A DNA stretch of 64,000 nucleotides from Oscillospiraceae bacterium (GTDB lineage Bacteria; Bacillota; Clostridia; UBA1212; UBA1255). Positions 30,791 to 40,914 of the stretch are shown in pieces. Under the pieces are notes generated by a model. The model was not told the DNA's origin, ran no database searches, and saw only the letters and a program-made list of their open reading frames with translations. Position numbers and translations under genes: made by a program. Location of the stretch: NCBI GenBank assembly GCA_015069165.1, contig SVJD01000006.1:2276-66275 (forward strand). Direction: 5' to 3'. Each line of letters opens with the position of its first letter. Positions within the stretch are counted from its first letter, which is position 1.

Positions 30791-33484
30791 ATGAGTATAC
30801 ATTTTAAAATAAACAATATAGAAGTTGAAGCAGAAGCAGGCGAACTCCTCATAAACGTAGCTAAAAGATATGGCGTGGACATTCCGTCACTTTGCCATAA
30901 TGAAAAAGTAAAATCTTACGGTGCTTGCGGTGTCTGCGTAGTTGAAAGTGCAAAAGGCGGAAAATTGATGCGCTCATGTTCTACGGAAGTTGGCCCCCAA
31001 TTCGAAGGAATGGAAATTTGCACAGAATCAGACAGAGTTGTAAGAGCCAGAAAAGTTGCTCTTGAATTACTTATGACAGACCACACAGGTGATTGTCGCC
31101 CTCCTTGTATGTTGGAGTGTCCCGCACACACAGACTGTCAGGGATATGTTGGTTTGATTGCAAACGGTTATGCAGAAGAAGCAGTAAAATTGATCATGGA
31201 AAAAATTCCGCTTCCTGCTTCAATTGGTAGAGTTTGTCCGCATCCGTGCGAAAAAGCTTGCCGCAGAGCAGCTCTTGAAGAGCCTGTTTCAATTGCAAAC
31301 CTTAAGCGTTTCGCAGCAGATGTAAACCTTGAAAAAGGCAAAGATGCGTATAAACCGGCAATTGCGGCAGAAACAGGCAAAAAAGTTGCTGTAATAGGCG
31401 GCGGCCCTGCAGGACTTACTGCTGCAGCTTCACTCAGAGCAAAAGGCCACACAGTAGAAGTTTTCGATATGATGCCTGAAATGGGCGGTATGCTCAGATA
31501 CGGAATTCCCGAGTACAGACTTCCCAAGGCTGTTGTTGCAGAAGAAGTTGCATTGCTTGAATCTATGGGAATTGCAATGCATAACAATATAAAAATCGGT
31601 GAAGGTGAATACACTCTCGAAAAAATGTCTGCCGAATACGATGCAGTTATTGTTGCAATCGGTGCTTGGACAAGCAGTAAAATGAGAATCCCCGGAGAAG
31701 AACTTGCCGGTGTTATGGGTGGTATTGATTTCCTTCGTGAAATCAATCTGGGAAATATTCCCAATATTGGTAAAAAAGTTGTAATCGTAGGCGGTGGTAA
31801 CACTGCTATGGATGCTTGCAGAAGTGCAGTGCGCGCAGGTGCTGATGAAGTTTATACTTTATACAGAAGAACACGTGCAGAAATGCCTGCCGAGCAAGTT
31901 GAAATTGACGAGGCAGAAGAAGAAGGAGTTATCTTTAAATTCCTTTGCAATCCTGTTGAAATTATAGGAGAAAATGGTAAAGCTGTAAAAGTAAAAGCAC
32001 AAAAAATGATGCTTGGCGAGCCTGATGCCAGCGGCAGACGTGCACCTGTGCCGATTGAAGGAGAATTCGACATTATAGATGTTGACACAGTTATAATGGC
32101 TATCGGTCAAGGCTGTAATGTAAAAGGTTTTGAAAGTCTCGAACTGACAAGAAAGAATACTGTAGTTGCTGACGAAAACACATATACAACATCAATTGAA
32201 GGTGTGTTTGCGTGCGGAGACATCACAAACAGAGGTCCCGGAATTGCTATCGCGGCAATCGCAGAAGCTCAAAAAGCAGCAGTTGCAGCACATGAATATA
32301 TGATGAGCGGCAGTGTTCCGACTATAGTGAAAAATGAGGATAATGCGTTCTATTCAAAGAGACCTCTCACGAAAGAAGATGTTAAAGAAGAATATGCATT
32401 TAGAGGAACAGAGGAAAGAGTTCCTATGAAACACCGCTTGGCAGAGGAAAGAAAAGGCGACTTTAACGAGTTTATGAAAGGCTTTTCTCGCGCAGAAGCA
32501 GAAAAAGAAGCTGCAAGATGTCTTGAATGCGGATGCCTTGACTATTATGAGTGCCGTTTGATTGATTATGCTAACAGATATGATGTAAAACCTGAAAGAA
32601 TCGGCGGCTACAAACATAAGAGAGCTGATATGAAAGTTCGTTCAGAATATTTCACAAGAGATACAGACAAATGTATTCTTTGCGGTTTGTGTGTTCGCGC
32701 TTGTGAAGAAGTTACGGGCAGAGGCGTTTTGGGCTTGGTTGACAGAGGTTTTGATACAACAGTTCAGCCGGCAATGGGACTTCCTTTGAATCAAGCAGAC
32801 TGTATGTCATGCGGTTTGTGCGTTTCTGTTTGTCCTACAGGCGCTCTTACTGAAAACATGAACGGAATGAAAGCTGTTCCGCTTCCTGAGAATATGTTTG
32901 TTCATAAATGTACTATGTGTTCTGCAGGTTGTGACATGATGATTTCACATTACGGAAATGCTATCACTAAAGCAGTTCCCATGGGCGGTAAAAACGCAGA
33001 TGTTCTTTGTGAAAGAGGAAGATTTGTACTTCCTGAGAGATTTACAATGGGCAACGCTATGGAAGCAGTGCAAAAGGCATTCGGAAAGATTTTGAAGAGC
33101 GGCGCAATGTCAGCAGGAAAAATCGGAGTTTTGATTTCTGCTTCTTGCACGGAAAAGCAAGTTAACAATATTCTTTCATTTACGGCAGCCATTATGCCTG
33201 CGTTTGTTGCTTCTAATTCTATGGGCAAACCGATTCCCGAGAAATACAGAGCCTCTGTAGAATTCGCGGCAATTAAGAACGGCAAAGCCACAAGCATAGA
33301 CGAGCTTACAATCGGTGTAAATGATGAAATTCTTAAGAAGGCCGGTGTAACAATGCTCAATGAACAGCAGAAAGCTAAAATTGAGTCGGGCGAAATCGAA
33401 ACATTGTTTGTTTTTGGCGACGATATCTGCGACATTGATACATCAAAGGTTAAAAACACTGAAATTGTCAGAATTGAGTTTTAA
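30791..33484 (+). CDS. [2Fe-2S] + GltD/NfnB-like FAD/NADPH oxidoreductase + NuoG-like Fe-S subunit (StnC-like)
   Basis: GACGVC..C, HTGDCRPPC, GRVCPHPCE, GGGPAG, GGGNTAMD, YRR, CILCGLCVRAC; no H-cluster motifs. Start ATG 30791. Confidence 0.8.
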   Translation: MSIHFKINNIEVEAEAGELLINVAKRYGVDIPSLCHNEKVKSYGACGVCVVESAKGGKLMRSCSTEVGPQFEGMEICTESDRVVRARKVALELLMTDHTGDCRPPCMLECPAHTDCQGYVGLIANGYAEEAVKLIMEKIPLPASIGRVCPHPCEKACRRAALEEPVSIANLKRFAADVNLEKGKDAYKPAIAAETGKKVAVIGGGPAGLTAAASLRAKGHTVEVFDMMPEMGGMLRYGIPEYRLPKAVVAEEVALLESMGIAMHNNIKIGEGEYTLEKMSAEYDAVIVAIGAWTSSKMRIPGEELAGVMGGIDFLREINLGNIPNIGKKVVIVGGGNTAMDACRSAVRAGADEVYTLYRRTRAEMPAEQVEIDEAEEEGVIFKFLCNPVEIIGENGKAVKVKAQKMMLGEPDASGRRAPVPIEGEFDIIDVDTVIMAIGQGCNVKGFESLELTRKNTVVADENTYTTSIEGVFACGDITNRGPGIAIAAIAEAQKAAVAAHEYMMSGSVPTIVKNEDNAFYSKRPLTKEDVKEEYAFRGTEERVPMKHRLAEERKGDFNEFMKGFSRAEAEKEAARCLECGCLDYYECRLIDYANRYDVKPERIGGYKHKRADMKVRSEYFTRDTDKCILCGLCVRACEEVTGRGVLGLVDRGFDTTVQPAMGLPLNQADCMSCGLCVSVCPTGALTENMNGMKAVPLPENMFVHKCTMCSAGCDMMISHYGNAITKAVPMGGKNADVLCERGRFVLPERFTMGNAMEAVQKAFGKILKSGAMSAGKIGVLISASCTEKQVNNILSFTAAIMPAFVASNSMGKPIPEKYRASVEFAAIKNGKATSIDELTIGVNDEILKKAGVTMLNEQQKAKIESGEIETLFVFGDDICDIDTSKVKNTEIVRIEF

Positions 33485-33487
33485 GAT

Positions 33488-34141
33488 ATGATGCCAAATA
33501 TTAAAACGCATTTAAAAGGTATGGGGAAGCTCGCTTACGTGTATATGTTGGCGGTTGCCTTGAGTTGGGTAGCTTTCCCCGTAATTGTTATATGTTTACA
33601 GCAATATGCACAAATATATGTGGTGATTAGCGTATATACTTTTTTTGTAACATTGATTCTTATCGCTATGTTATATATAACTATGCACGGTTTCGGCGAA
33701 GCAGACAGGAAGCCGTACGGTTGGGCAAGGTATAATACGAAAGGTTTTGTTTGTGCGCTTATGATGTTTGCGGCTGTTTTATTGGCAGAAGAAATTATTA
33801 TTCTTTTAGCTGACCAATATATTATAGTGAAACATCCTTTTTTGACGATAGAATCATTGAATCACTACGCAAAACTTGTTATATATATGCCTTTTATGTG
33901 GTTTTACAGAATTATTTCACCGCCTACGGAAGTGAGCGTGGTGCCGGACATTACGTGGTCAACCGCGTTTTTCCCGGGAATTATTATTTTGCTTGCATCC
34001 GGAATAGGCTATATTATGGGTTATCACGGTATCAGAATCATTAAAAATCCGCCAAAAGCAGCGGCTTTACGCAAATTTTTATACGGCGGACCTCGCAAAT
34101 CCAAAAAGAAGAAACCGATTCCGAAAGAAGATGCCAAATAG
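33488..34141 (+). CDS. Hypothetical multi-pass membrane protein
   Basis: Four to five hydrophobic segments; abuts the upstream gene. Confidence 0.65.
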   Translation: MMPNIKTHLKGMGKLAYVYMLAVALSWVAFPVIVICLQQYAQIYVVISVYTFFVTLILIAMLYITMHGFGEADRKPYGWARYNTKGFVCALMMFAAVLLAEEIIILLADQYIIVKHPFLTIESLNHYAKLVIYMPFMWFYRIISPPTEVSVVPDITWSTAFFPGIIILLASGIGYIMGYHGIRIIKNPPKAAALRKFLYGGPRKSKKKKPIPKEDAK

Positions 34142-34158
34142 GGCAGGAGGATTTATAA

Positions 34159-35001
34159 ATGCAAATAGAAGAGTTTTCAGAAAAAATAGAGGAACTTGTC
34201 ATTGATATTTATGAAGAAAGCGTTCAAAACAGAGAATCTGCTTGGATAGTTTTCGAAAAGAAAATGGATGACAGGTTTGCGGAGAATAAAGAGTTTATAG
34301 AAGAAACTACAAAAGATTGGACTGTAGAAGATTGGAAAAATTTATTTTTGCATCAAATAAATATCGGCAATCCTGATATTTATGCTTTTATCGCTGAAAA
34401 AATAGAAATTTTGACCAATAATGAGTATTTCCGTAATTGCATTTCCGAAAATTTGAGCGTTCTTGAAAAGAATGTATATTCCACAACAGACAAAGATGCA
34501 TTGTATAAATCAGATGTTTTGTTAAGTGCAGTAAAAGCACTCAACAGAATCGGCAGTTCTTCAGCAAAAGCGGAAATTGAGCAAGCATTCCGTATGTGCG
34601 CAGTTGCTAATGAACATATTTTATATGAACTTGCGGAATATGTGGCATCGCAGTGTGAAGAAAAGCTTCCGGAGATGATTTCCGATGAGAGTATAGAAGG
34701 CGAAAAATTAGTAGCTCTTTTATCAATGTGCATAGAGACCGATAAGCGCAGTGATAAAATTTATGAGGCAATGAAGCAAAGATTCAAGAAGTTGCCAAAT
34801 GATAGTGAAACAAAAGATATTTTTGCGGCGATTTTCGGAGATTACGGCGAGCCTAATGCAATAATGATGTTGCGAAAATTTGCAAAGACGTTGATTGCTG
34901 TGTACAAAGAAAATTACGACAGAGAACTTTTCAGCAGAATCATGATGGTAATGTCTGTAATCGAAGGACTTGGCGGTTTGACTGACGATTTAATGGAATA
35001 A
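34159..35001 (+). CDS. Hypothetical acidic alpha-helical (HEAT-like) protein
   Basis: Strong RBS (ggagg), 280 aa, DYGEPNAIMMLR segment. Confidence 0.6.
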   Translation: MQIEEFSEKIEELVIDIYEESVQNRESAWIVFEKKMDDRFAENKEFIEETTKDWTVEDWKNLFLHQINIGNPDIYAFIAEKIEILTNNEYFRNCISENLSVLEKNVYSTTDKDALYKSDVLLSAVKALNRIGSSSAKAEIEQAFRMCAVANEHILYELAEYVASQCEEKLPEMISDESIEGEKLVALLSMCIETDKRSDKIYEAMKQRFKKLPNDSETKDIFAAIFGDYGEPNAIMMLRKFAKTLIAVYKENYDRELFSRIMMVMSVIEGLGGLTDDLME

Positions 35002-35081
35002 AAAATTAAGAATATTTTAGTGCCCCCTGTAATATGCTTTAGTAAGTGGTATGCAGGGGGTGTCTTTATTTGATACTTATA

Positions 35082-35825
35082 ATGAAAAAAACAAATGTAA
35101 TATTGGGAATTTTAATTTTTGTGCTTGTGGCGGCAATTATCGCACTGAATATAGGCTTTACGGATGCCGAAGAAGGGAAAGTTGTCAGTGCCTCGGGATA
35201 TGTGGAAACGCTTTCCACAACCGGAAAAATCGTTGTACTTGATGCAGGGCACGGAGGAGAAGATCCGGGTGCAGTAAGTGCGTACAGCGGTGCGAAAGAA
35301 AAGGATATTACATTGGTAATTACGCAAAAAACAAAAAAACTTCTGGAAGATGCGGGGTATACCGTGATTATGACGAGAAGCGAAGATGTTTTGGGGTACG
35401 ATGATGAAAAACTTTCTATGACGGCAAAGAGAAGACAGGATTTGCTCAAAAGAAAGAAAATGATGGATGAGAGTAAAGCTGATATAGTTATAAGTATTCA
35501 TCTTAATTCTTTCAGTGATTCTCAATATCACGGCGCGCAAACGTTTTATACAAAGGAGTCTCTTTCCAGTAAAAAATTGGCAATAAGCTTGCAAACGGCG
35601 TTAAAAGAAATTTTGGAGCCGGAAAACGAAAGAGAAGCACTTTTAAAGTCAGAGGATATAATTATTACAAAAAATTGTAAAGTAACAACTGCCATAGTGG
35701 AGTGCGGTTTCTTATCTAATCAAGAAGAGGAAAAGAAGTTGGTTGATGAAGGTTATCAGACAAAAATTGCGGAAGCAATAAAAGCCGGAGTTGATAATTA
35801 CTTTACGGTAATAGCACCAAAATAG
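35082..35825 (+). CDS. cwlD: N-acetylmuramoyl-L-alanine amidase, CwlD-like
   Basis: VVLDAGHGGEDPG, EKDITL, SIHLNS, GAQTFY, IVECGFLSN. Start taken as ATG 35082. Confidence 0.75.
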   Translation: MKKTNVILGILIFVLVAAIIALNIGFTDAEEGKVVSASGYVETLSTTGKIVVLDAGHGGEDPGAVSAYSGAKEKDITLVITQKTKKLLEDAGYTVIMTRSEDVLGYDDEKLSMTAKRRQDLLKRKKMMDESKADIVISIHLNSFSDSQYHGAQTFYTKESLSSKKLAISLQTALKEILEPENEREALLKSEDIIITKNCKVTTAIVECGFLSNQEEEKKLVDEGYQTKIAEAIKAGVDNYFTVIAPK

Positions 35826-35837
35826 TCGGTTTTTATA

Positions 35838-35933
35838 ACAGGTCGGGAAATAATATTCTCGGCCTGTTTGAGTTTTTAGCTAAATACAGGGAAATTTTAG
35901 AGGTCGGCGGGAAATAGTAATCCCGTCGATTTT
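35838..35933 (+). terminator. Two tandem terminator-like hairpins
   Basis: ACAGGTCGGGAA..TTCTCGGCCTGT and GGTCGGCGGGA..TCCCGTCGATT followed by T-tracts. Confidence 0.6.
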
Positions 35934-35992
35934 TGTTGTTTTTTGGTTTATTCTTTTGCTTGTAACCGTTGAAGTAACGGGAATAAACGGAG

Positions 35993-37537
35993 GTGCAATT
36001 AATGAAAGAGATTTTAAACGGACGATTTTCAATATTAGAAACCGTAACTGAAAACAGGCTGTATAAAGCTGTGGATACCGCTACAGGAAAAATGACAGCT
36101 GTGAAAAAATGGGTAAATGAGGACAGTTATTATAAAGCAGAATTGAAAGCGTTAAAAAATTTTAAGCACCTCGATATACCGCAATTTATTTGCAACTTTG
36201 AAGAAGAAGGCGAAAAATATATTGCGGAAGAATGGTTGGACGGAGCCCCACCTCTACAGTTCAGTACTCCGGAAGAAACAATAGACCTTGCCGTTAAACT
36301 TGCAGAATTTGTTTCCGTGCTCACCTCATCATTTTCGTATATACACGGAGATATAAAACCGTCCAACATTATCGTGCAAAACGGCAAGGTTTACTTTATG
36401 GATTTTGAGTGTTCAGTGGCGTTAGATGTTAAAAGAAGGGAAAATTTACAAGAAACAATCAAAATAACGGGCAAGTATTTTACAGCCCCTGAGGTTTTTT
36501 ACGGAAATCAATGTTTGCAAAGCGATATTTACTCCATAGGAGCCATAATGGCATGGATGTTGGGAGGGGTTGATGATAATGGGATAAATTTATCAAATGT
36601 TGCAGCTGACGGTAGTTTAAAGGCGATTATAAAAAAATGCACTGCATACAGAGCTGAGAACAGGTACAAAACAGCAGAGGAACTTATTTATGCGTTAAAA
36701 GAAATAAAAAATAATGTGGAATTAAATATCATACCGGAAAAAATATCACATCCGGGAGAGAGATTTTCCGTTTATATAGATTGTAATGTGTTTTTTGCAT
36801 GGGAACTGGCGGAAGTTGCGACAACATATTTCGGAATGAAAACTTGCGTTATGGCTGTAAGTCAAAGAACCCAAAAAAAACTTAACTATTTTGCGGATCT
36901 GAATAGAAACTACGGTACACAGAGTGTTGAAGAAGAAATTTCTCCTTATTTTCTCAGCAGCGAGTCATTATTTAAAAAAGATTGTGAAAAGTGGCTTTCA
37001 AAAGGGCTTATAAATAAAACTTCCGATGGAGAAGGGAAGTTGTTTTATTCAGGTTCAAGATTTATAGGAGAGGCAGAGCCTGAAAATGAAGGCTATATCA
37101 GCGATCTGGTTAAATGGGGCAAGGAAAATTTTGACTGTGTAATATTTGTAACAGATAGATATGACGATAAACCTGCAGTGAAAAATTTAGCTTGCGAATG
37201 TGATTATACAATAGCAACTCCTCTTGCAAATATTGATGATATTGAAGCATGTAAGGATTATTACGAAAGTCTTGGAGGAAATGTATTATATTCAGTTTGG
37301 GAATATAATCAGCAGAGCAGTTTACCGGAAAAGAGCATTATGCTTATGGTGGGAGAGGAAAAATACATTGGTGCAATTTTTTACAGCGATGAAAAAAATT
37401 ATAAGCGTAATTTTGCAGGAAAAATTCAGCCTATTTTTAAAACCAAAGGAAGAGAAGAACAGGCAGGATATGTAAAGATTATTAATAGGTTGTTCAGAGC
37501 AGCGGGTAACAGTGAAGAAAGGTGTGTATGTAAATGA
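35993..37537 (+). CDS. Ser/Thr kinase-like domain fused to degenerate MinD/CpaE-like domain
   Basis: AVKK, IHGDIKPSN, DFE, FTAPE, SDIYSIG. C-terminal ENFDCVIF..CDYTIAT resembles a MinD/CpaE fold. Confidence 0.7.
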   Translation: MQLMKEILNGRFSILETVTENRLYKAVDTATGKMTAVKKWVNEDSYYKAELKALKNFKHLDIPQFICNFEEEGEKYIAEEWLDGAPPLQFSTPEETIDLAVKLAEFVSVLTSSFSYIHGDIKPSNIIVQNGKVYFMDFECSVALDVKRRENLQETIKITGKYFTAPEVFYGNQCLQSDIYSIGAIMAWMLGGVDDNGINLSNVAADGSLKAIIKKCTAYRAENRYKTAEELIYALKEIKNNVELNIIPEKISHPGERFSVYIDCNVFFAWELAEVATTYFGMKTCVMAVSQRTQKKLNYFADLNRNYGTQSVEEEISPYFLSSESLFKKDCEKWLSKGLINKTSDGEGKLFYSGSRFIGEAEPENEGYISDLVKWGKENFDCVIFVTDRYDDKPAVKNLACECDYTIATPLANIDDIEACKDYYESLGGNVLYSVWEYNQQSSLPEKSIMLMVGEEKYIGAIFYSDEKNYKRNFAGKIQPIFKTKGREEQAGYVKIINRLFRAAGNSEERCVCK

Positions 37538-38244
37538 AAAAGAATACAATTTTTAAAACAGCATTGTTTTTATTAAGCTTGGCAGTAGTGGCGGGAATAT
37601 ATACGTTTATAGTTATACCATCAGTAAAAAAAGAAGAAAAAGAATTTTATGAGAAGAAATTGGAACAGGAAATGTATACGTATATGAGTGTGTTAACTTA
37701 TACAGGCGATACTCCTTTACTTGAAAATACAATCATAACAGAGGCAGTAGAAACATGTTTTGAAAAAGTTCAGATGCCCTTGGGATGCGTTACATCGGAT
37801 TATGTTGGAAATTTTGAAGATATTTGCGGTTTGCAATTAAAATACACAATTTGCAAAGGACAACAAGTGTCCTCGCAAAATTTTAAGGAATTTTTAAAGG
37901 ATAGTGACGGAACAGAAAGGTTAAAAGAGTTTAAAATCAGAAGCTTAGTAGCAGGTCAGGCAATGCCCGGAAGATTTGCGGATATTTTATTGAAATATCC
38001 TGACGGAAGTTCTGCCGTAGTTGTACCTAAAATACAAATTTATGATATACAACAAGAAGATAACGGGGGTTCTGTAAAAAATAAAAATGAAGAAGAAGGT
38101 TATACCGTTGTTTTTGCTGTAAATGAAGAAGAACATAATTCTTTAACAGAAGCTGTTAAAGAGGGGGTTTTAGATATTCGCATTTATTTAAATGATGCAC
38201 AACTTCCGTCAGAAAAAACGTATGTGCCGTCAAGTAATATTTAA
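37534..38244 (+). CDS. CpaB/RcpC (SAF)-like membrane-anchored protein
   Basis: N-terminal TM, LKYTICKGQQV, PGRFADILL..VVPKIQIYDI. Confidence 0.55.
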   Translation: MKKNTIFKTALFLLSLAVVAGIYTFIVIPSVKKEEKEFYEKKLEQEMYTYMSVLTYTGDTPLLENTIITEAVETCFEKVQMPLGCVTSDYVGNFEDICGLQLKYTICKGQQVSSQNFKEFLKDSDGTERLKEFKIRSLVAGQAMPGRFADILLKYPDGSSAVVVPKIQIYDIQQEDNGGSVKNKNEEEGYTVVFAVNEEEHNSLTEAVKEGVLDIRIYLNDAQLPSEKTYVPSSNI

Positions 38245-38257
38245 CAGGGTTATTGAT

Positions 38258-39943
38258 ATGGGATATATTGATTCACAAGCATGGAAAAATTTAATAGAGA
38301 TTGTAGCTGACAGTTTATCTGACAGTATTCGTTTTGCTGAAATATATAAAGTAGACAGAATGAATGCGGAAAAAGCCATCAGAACTTTTACTTCCATAAA
38401 AGATATGGCGGCACTTGGAAGTAAATCTGCAAGACAGAGCATTGTAGATTACTATATAAGGCTTTTAGAAGCTTATAAGCAAGAAGAATTGGAAGAGATG
38501 ATCAATAAAGTTGTGGATTTTAAAACGATCCGAAATAACGAGCCGGAAATAGTATTTGAGTTATTATTGGCAAATTTTTCTTTTGAAGAAATATGGGATA
38601 ATTACAGAGAGTTTACTGAGGATTTGAGTTCTGTCGAGGGTGATTTATTGGTAAAAGTCGGAGAAAAAATGTCTCGGGAAACAAATTTTATGAAAAAATA
38701 TGAGGCAAAAAGGGAAAAATTGAATTTTATATGTATTTTGTTGTATGCAGTGAGCTACGGTCAAAGTTGCATTGAGGCACTGCAATATAAAGATATAAAT
38801 GAAATCGGTATTTTAAATAAGAATTACATTTATATAATACACAAAGGTGCAAAGATTCATTTAAAATTTTTGAAATTCGGAAACAGCGGGACAATAATTA
38901 ACATTCAGAAAAAAACTACTCAAAAATCAGCTCTGAATTATGATATGCAAAACCCTATGTTGGTAACAGCTAAAAATAATTCAAACAGAATAAGTGTTGC
39001 AGGATATGATGTTACTCCCGGGGATGATGATCTTTATTACAATGAAAGAATCTTTAATTTAAGTATTGTTTCTTTGGAGGATATAAGGGATAAGTACAAA
39101 ACGGTGGATAATCGTATTGTGGAATTCTTGAAATTCAATCAAAGAGGCAGGGGCAGTTTTATTGTATCGGGTTCCGATATGGGTGTGGGAAAGAGTACTT
39201 TTTTGCTTTCTATGATAGGCGAATACCCGAACTCGTGGGGGATAGGGATTCTCGACCAACAAAATGAGCTGCAAATAGGAGTGAAATATCCCGAAAAGAA
39301 CGTAATTACGTTGGTTGAAAACAGTAAAAGAAATTTGGCTCAATGTTTTGCATATTTACTTAAAACTTCTCGCGATGTTCTTGTTGTTAGTGAAATTACT
39401 TTGCCGGAAGAGGTTTCGGAGTTGGTAAACTCAGCTTTAAGGCTTAATGCCGGAGTAAGTGCAACAATGCACTCTTTTTCTCCAAAGGAAGTTATACCGA
39501 ATTTAAGGAATTTAATGATGAAAACGCCGATGTATCATGATAAAAATACAGCAGAGGAGGATATTTCGAATTGTATAGATTTAATAATACATTTGAAAAG
39601 GTTAAAATCCGGGCGAATTGTTGTAGACAGTATACACGAAGTGTTTTCAGATGCATCGTGGAGAGATGAATATGTAAAAAAAGATTTGAGCATAAAAGGA
39701 AAACAACAAAAGGACTCTCTTATGATGGAATTTATGGATATTGGCATTAAATACTTCAGCAGTTTAATGGCAGGAAAACAATATATGCTTAAAACATTGT
39801 TTAAATATAAAGAAAATGCCGAGGAAGAGGGCTCTGAATGGGAGATTTCAGAGGCTCCGTCGGAACATTACCTAAATAAAATGAGCAGATATGCGGGAGA
39901 GGATTATACCGAGGAAATACGAAAAATGTTTAAAGGTGTGTGA
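38258..39943 (+). CDS. CpaF/TadA/VirB11-like secretion ATPase
   Basis: GSDMGVGKST, DQQNEL, DVLVVSEI, ATMHS, IDLIIHLKR..GRIVV. Start taken as ATG 38258. Confidence 0.75.
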   Translation: MGYIDSQAWKNLIEIVADSLSDSIRFAEIYKVDRMNAEKAIRTFTSIKDMAALGSKSARQSIVDYYIRLLEAYKQEELEEMINKVVDFKTIRNNEPEIVFELLLANFSFEEIWDNYREFTEDLSSVEGDLLVKVGEKMSRETNFMKKYEAKREKLNFICILLYAVSYGQSCIEALQYKDINEIGILNKNYIYIIHKGAKIHLKFLKFGNSGTIINIQKKTTQKSALNYDMQNPMLVTAKNNSNRISVAGYDVTPGDDDLYYNERIFNLSIVSLEDIRDKYKTVDNRIVEFLKFNQRGRGSFIVSGSDMGVGKSTFLLSMIGEYPNSWGIGILDQQNELQIGVKYPEKNVITLVENSKRNLAQCFAYLLKTSRDVLVVSEITLPEEVSELVNSALRLNAGVSATMHSFSPKEVIPNLRNLMMKTPMYHDKNTAEEDISNCIDLIIHLKRLKSGRIVVDSIHEVFSDASWRDEYVKKDLSIKGKQQKDSLMMEFMDIGIKYFSSLMAGKQYMLKTLFKYKENAEEEGSEWEISEAPSEHYLNKMSRYAGEDYTEEIRKMFKGV

Positions 39944-40908
39944 TTTTTATGGAGAAAATTTTATTTGTTTTGTTTTTTACAGGCGGATGTATTTGTATAG
40001 CGGGAGCTTTAGCACTTATGGTATTTAATATTATTCGAAAAAGAAAGTATGGCAGAATTTCATCTTCTGTTTTCTTTGAAAAATATGCAGAGAAAATATA
40101 CAGACCTCTTTCTAAAAACAAGTATTTTGTTAAATTTAATAACGAAATAGCATATAAAATTTCAGTTTTTAACTCTGCGTCTTTTGAAAAGAACAGGCAA
40201 ATAAGTGTCTTTGTGATTTTGGGGTTTACATTAGTTGTTTTGATATTATCGGTATTATTTGTATATATTTATATGCCTTATTGGTATATTGCGCTTGTGT
40301 ACATTGCCTTTTCTCTCACTGCAGTATTGTTTTTGTTGCAGTTTGTCTCGGATTCTATTATGAACAGCTATTTAAAACGCTTGCCGGAAGCAATAAAAAT
40401 TTTACTGTCGAGATTTATGACAAAAGGCAGTATATCAAAAGCAATTCAAGTAAGTATTCCGGATTTGCCCAAAGGCATTAAAAATGAAATGATAAGAATA
40501 TATGATGCCATGAAACAAAATGAAACAGAAAAAACGAAGGAGGTTTTTTGGGAAATAGACAGAAAGTATACAAATGAACACATGTCTGTTTTACTTGATT
40601 TAATTCGTTTAGCACATTACAACGGCGGAACGGAAAGTGTAAAAATTCAATTTGATACAATGATTAAAGATATTTTGGAGGATTTGGAAAACCAGCAGGA
40701 CTTAAAAGGTGCGGCAATGAGCTATATCGGAATGTCTGTTGCTTTTATGAGCGCACTTCCCATAGTAAAGCTTTATAATGCAAGTATTTTAAGCAGCTCA
40801 GAGATGCAATACTACGATTCTCGCAGCGGAATGCTTTTTGCTGCCGCATATATAGGTTTTTTGTTTATACTTATTGCGATTTTGTTTTATCTAAAGAAAA
40901 AGGGGTGA
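39940..40908 (+). CDS. TadB-like inner-membrane platform protein
   Basis: Multi-TM with LPEAIKIL..GSISKAI soluble loop, following the ATPase. Confidence 0.6.
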   Translation: MIFMEKILFVLFFTGGCICIAGALALMVFNIIRKRKYGRISSSVFFEKYAEKIYRPLSKNKYFVKFNNEIAYKISVFNSASFEKNRQISVFVILGFTLVVLILSVLFVYIYMPYWYIALVYIAFSLTAVLFLLQFVSDSIMNSYLKRLPEAIKILLSRFMTKGSISKAIQVSIPDLPKGIKNEMIRIYDAMKQNETEKTKEVFWEIDRKYTNEHMSVLLDLIRLAHYNGGTESVKIQFDTMIKDILEDLENQQDLKGAAMSYIGMSVAFMSALPIVKLYNASILSSSEMQYYDSRSGMLFAAAYIGFLFILIAILFYLKKKG

Positions 40909-40914
40909 AAAGCA

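Noticed and set aside
28512-33484. [FeFe]-hydrogenase HydABC or complex I
   Set aside because: No H-cluster motifs (TSCCP, MPC, ExMxCxxGC) and no membrane Nuo subunits
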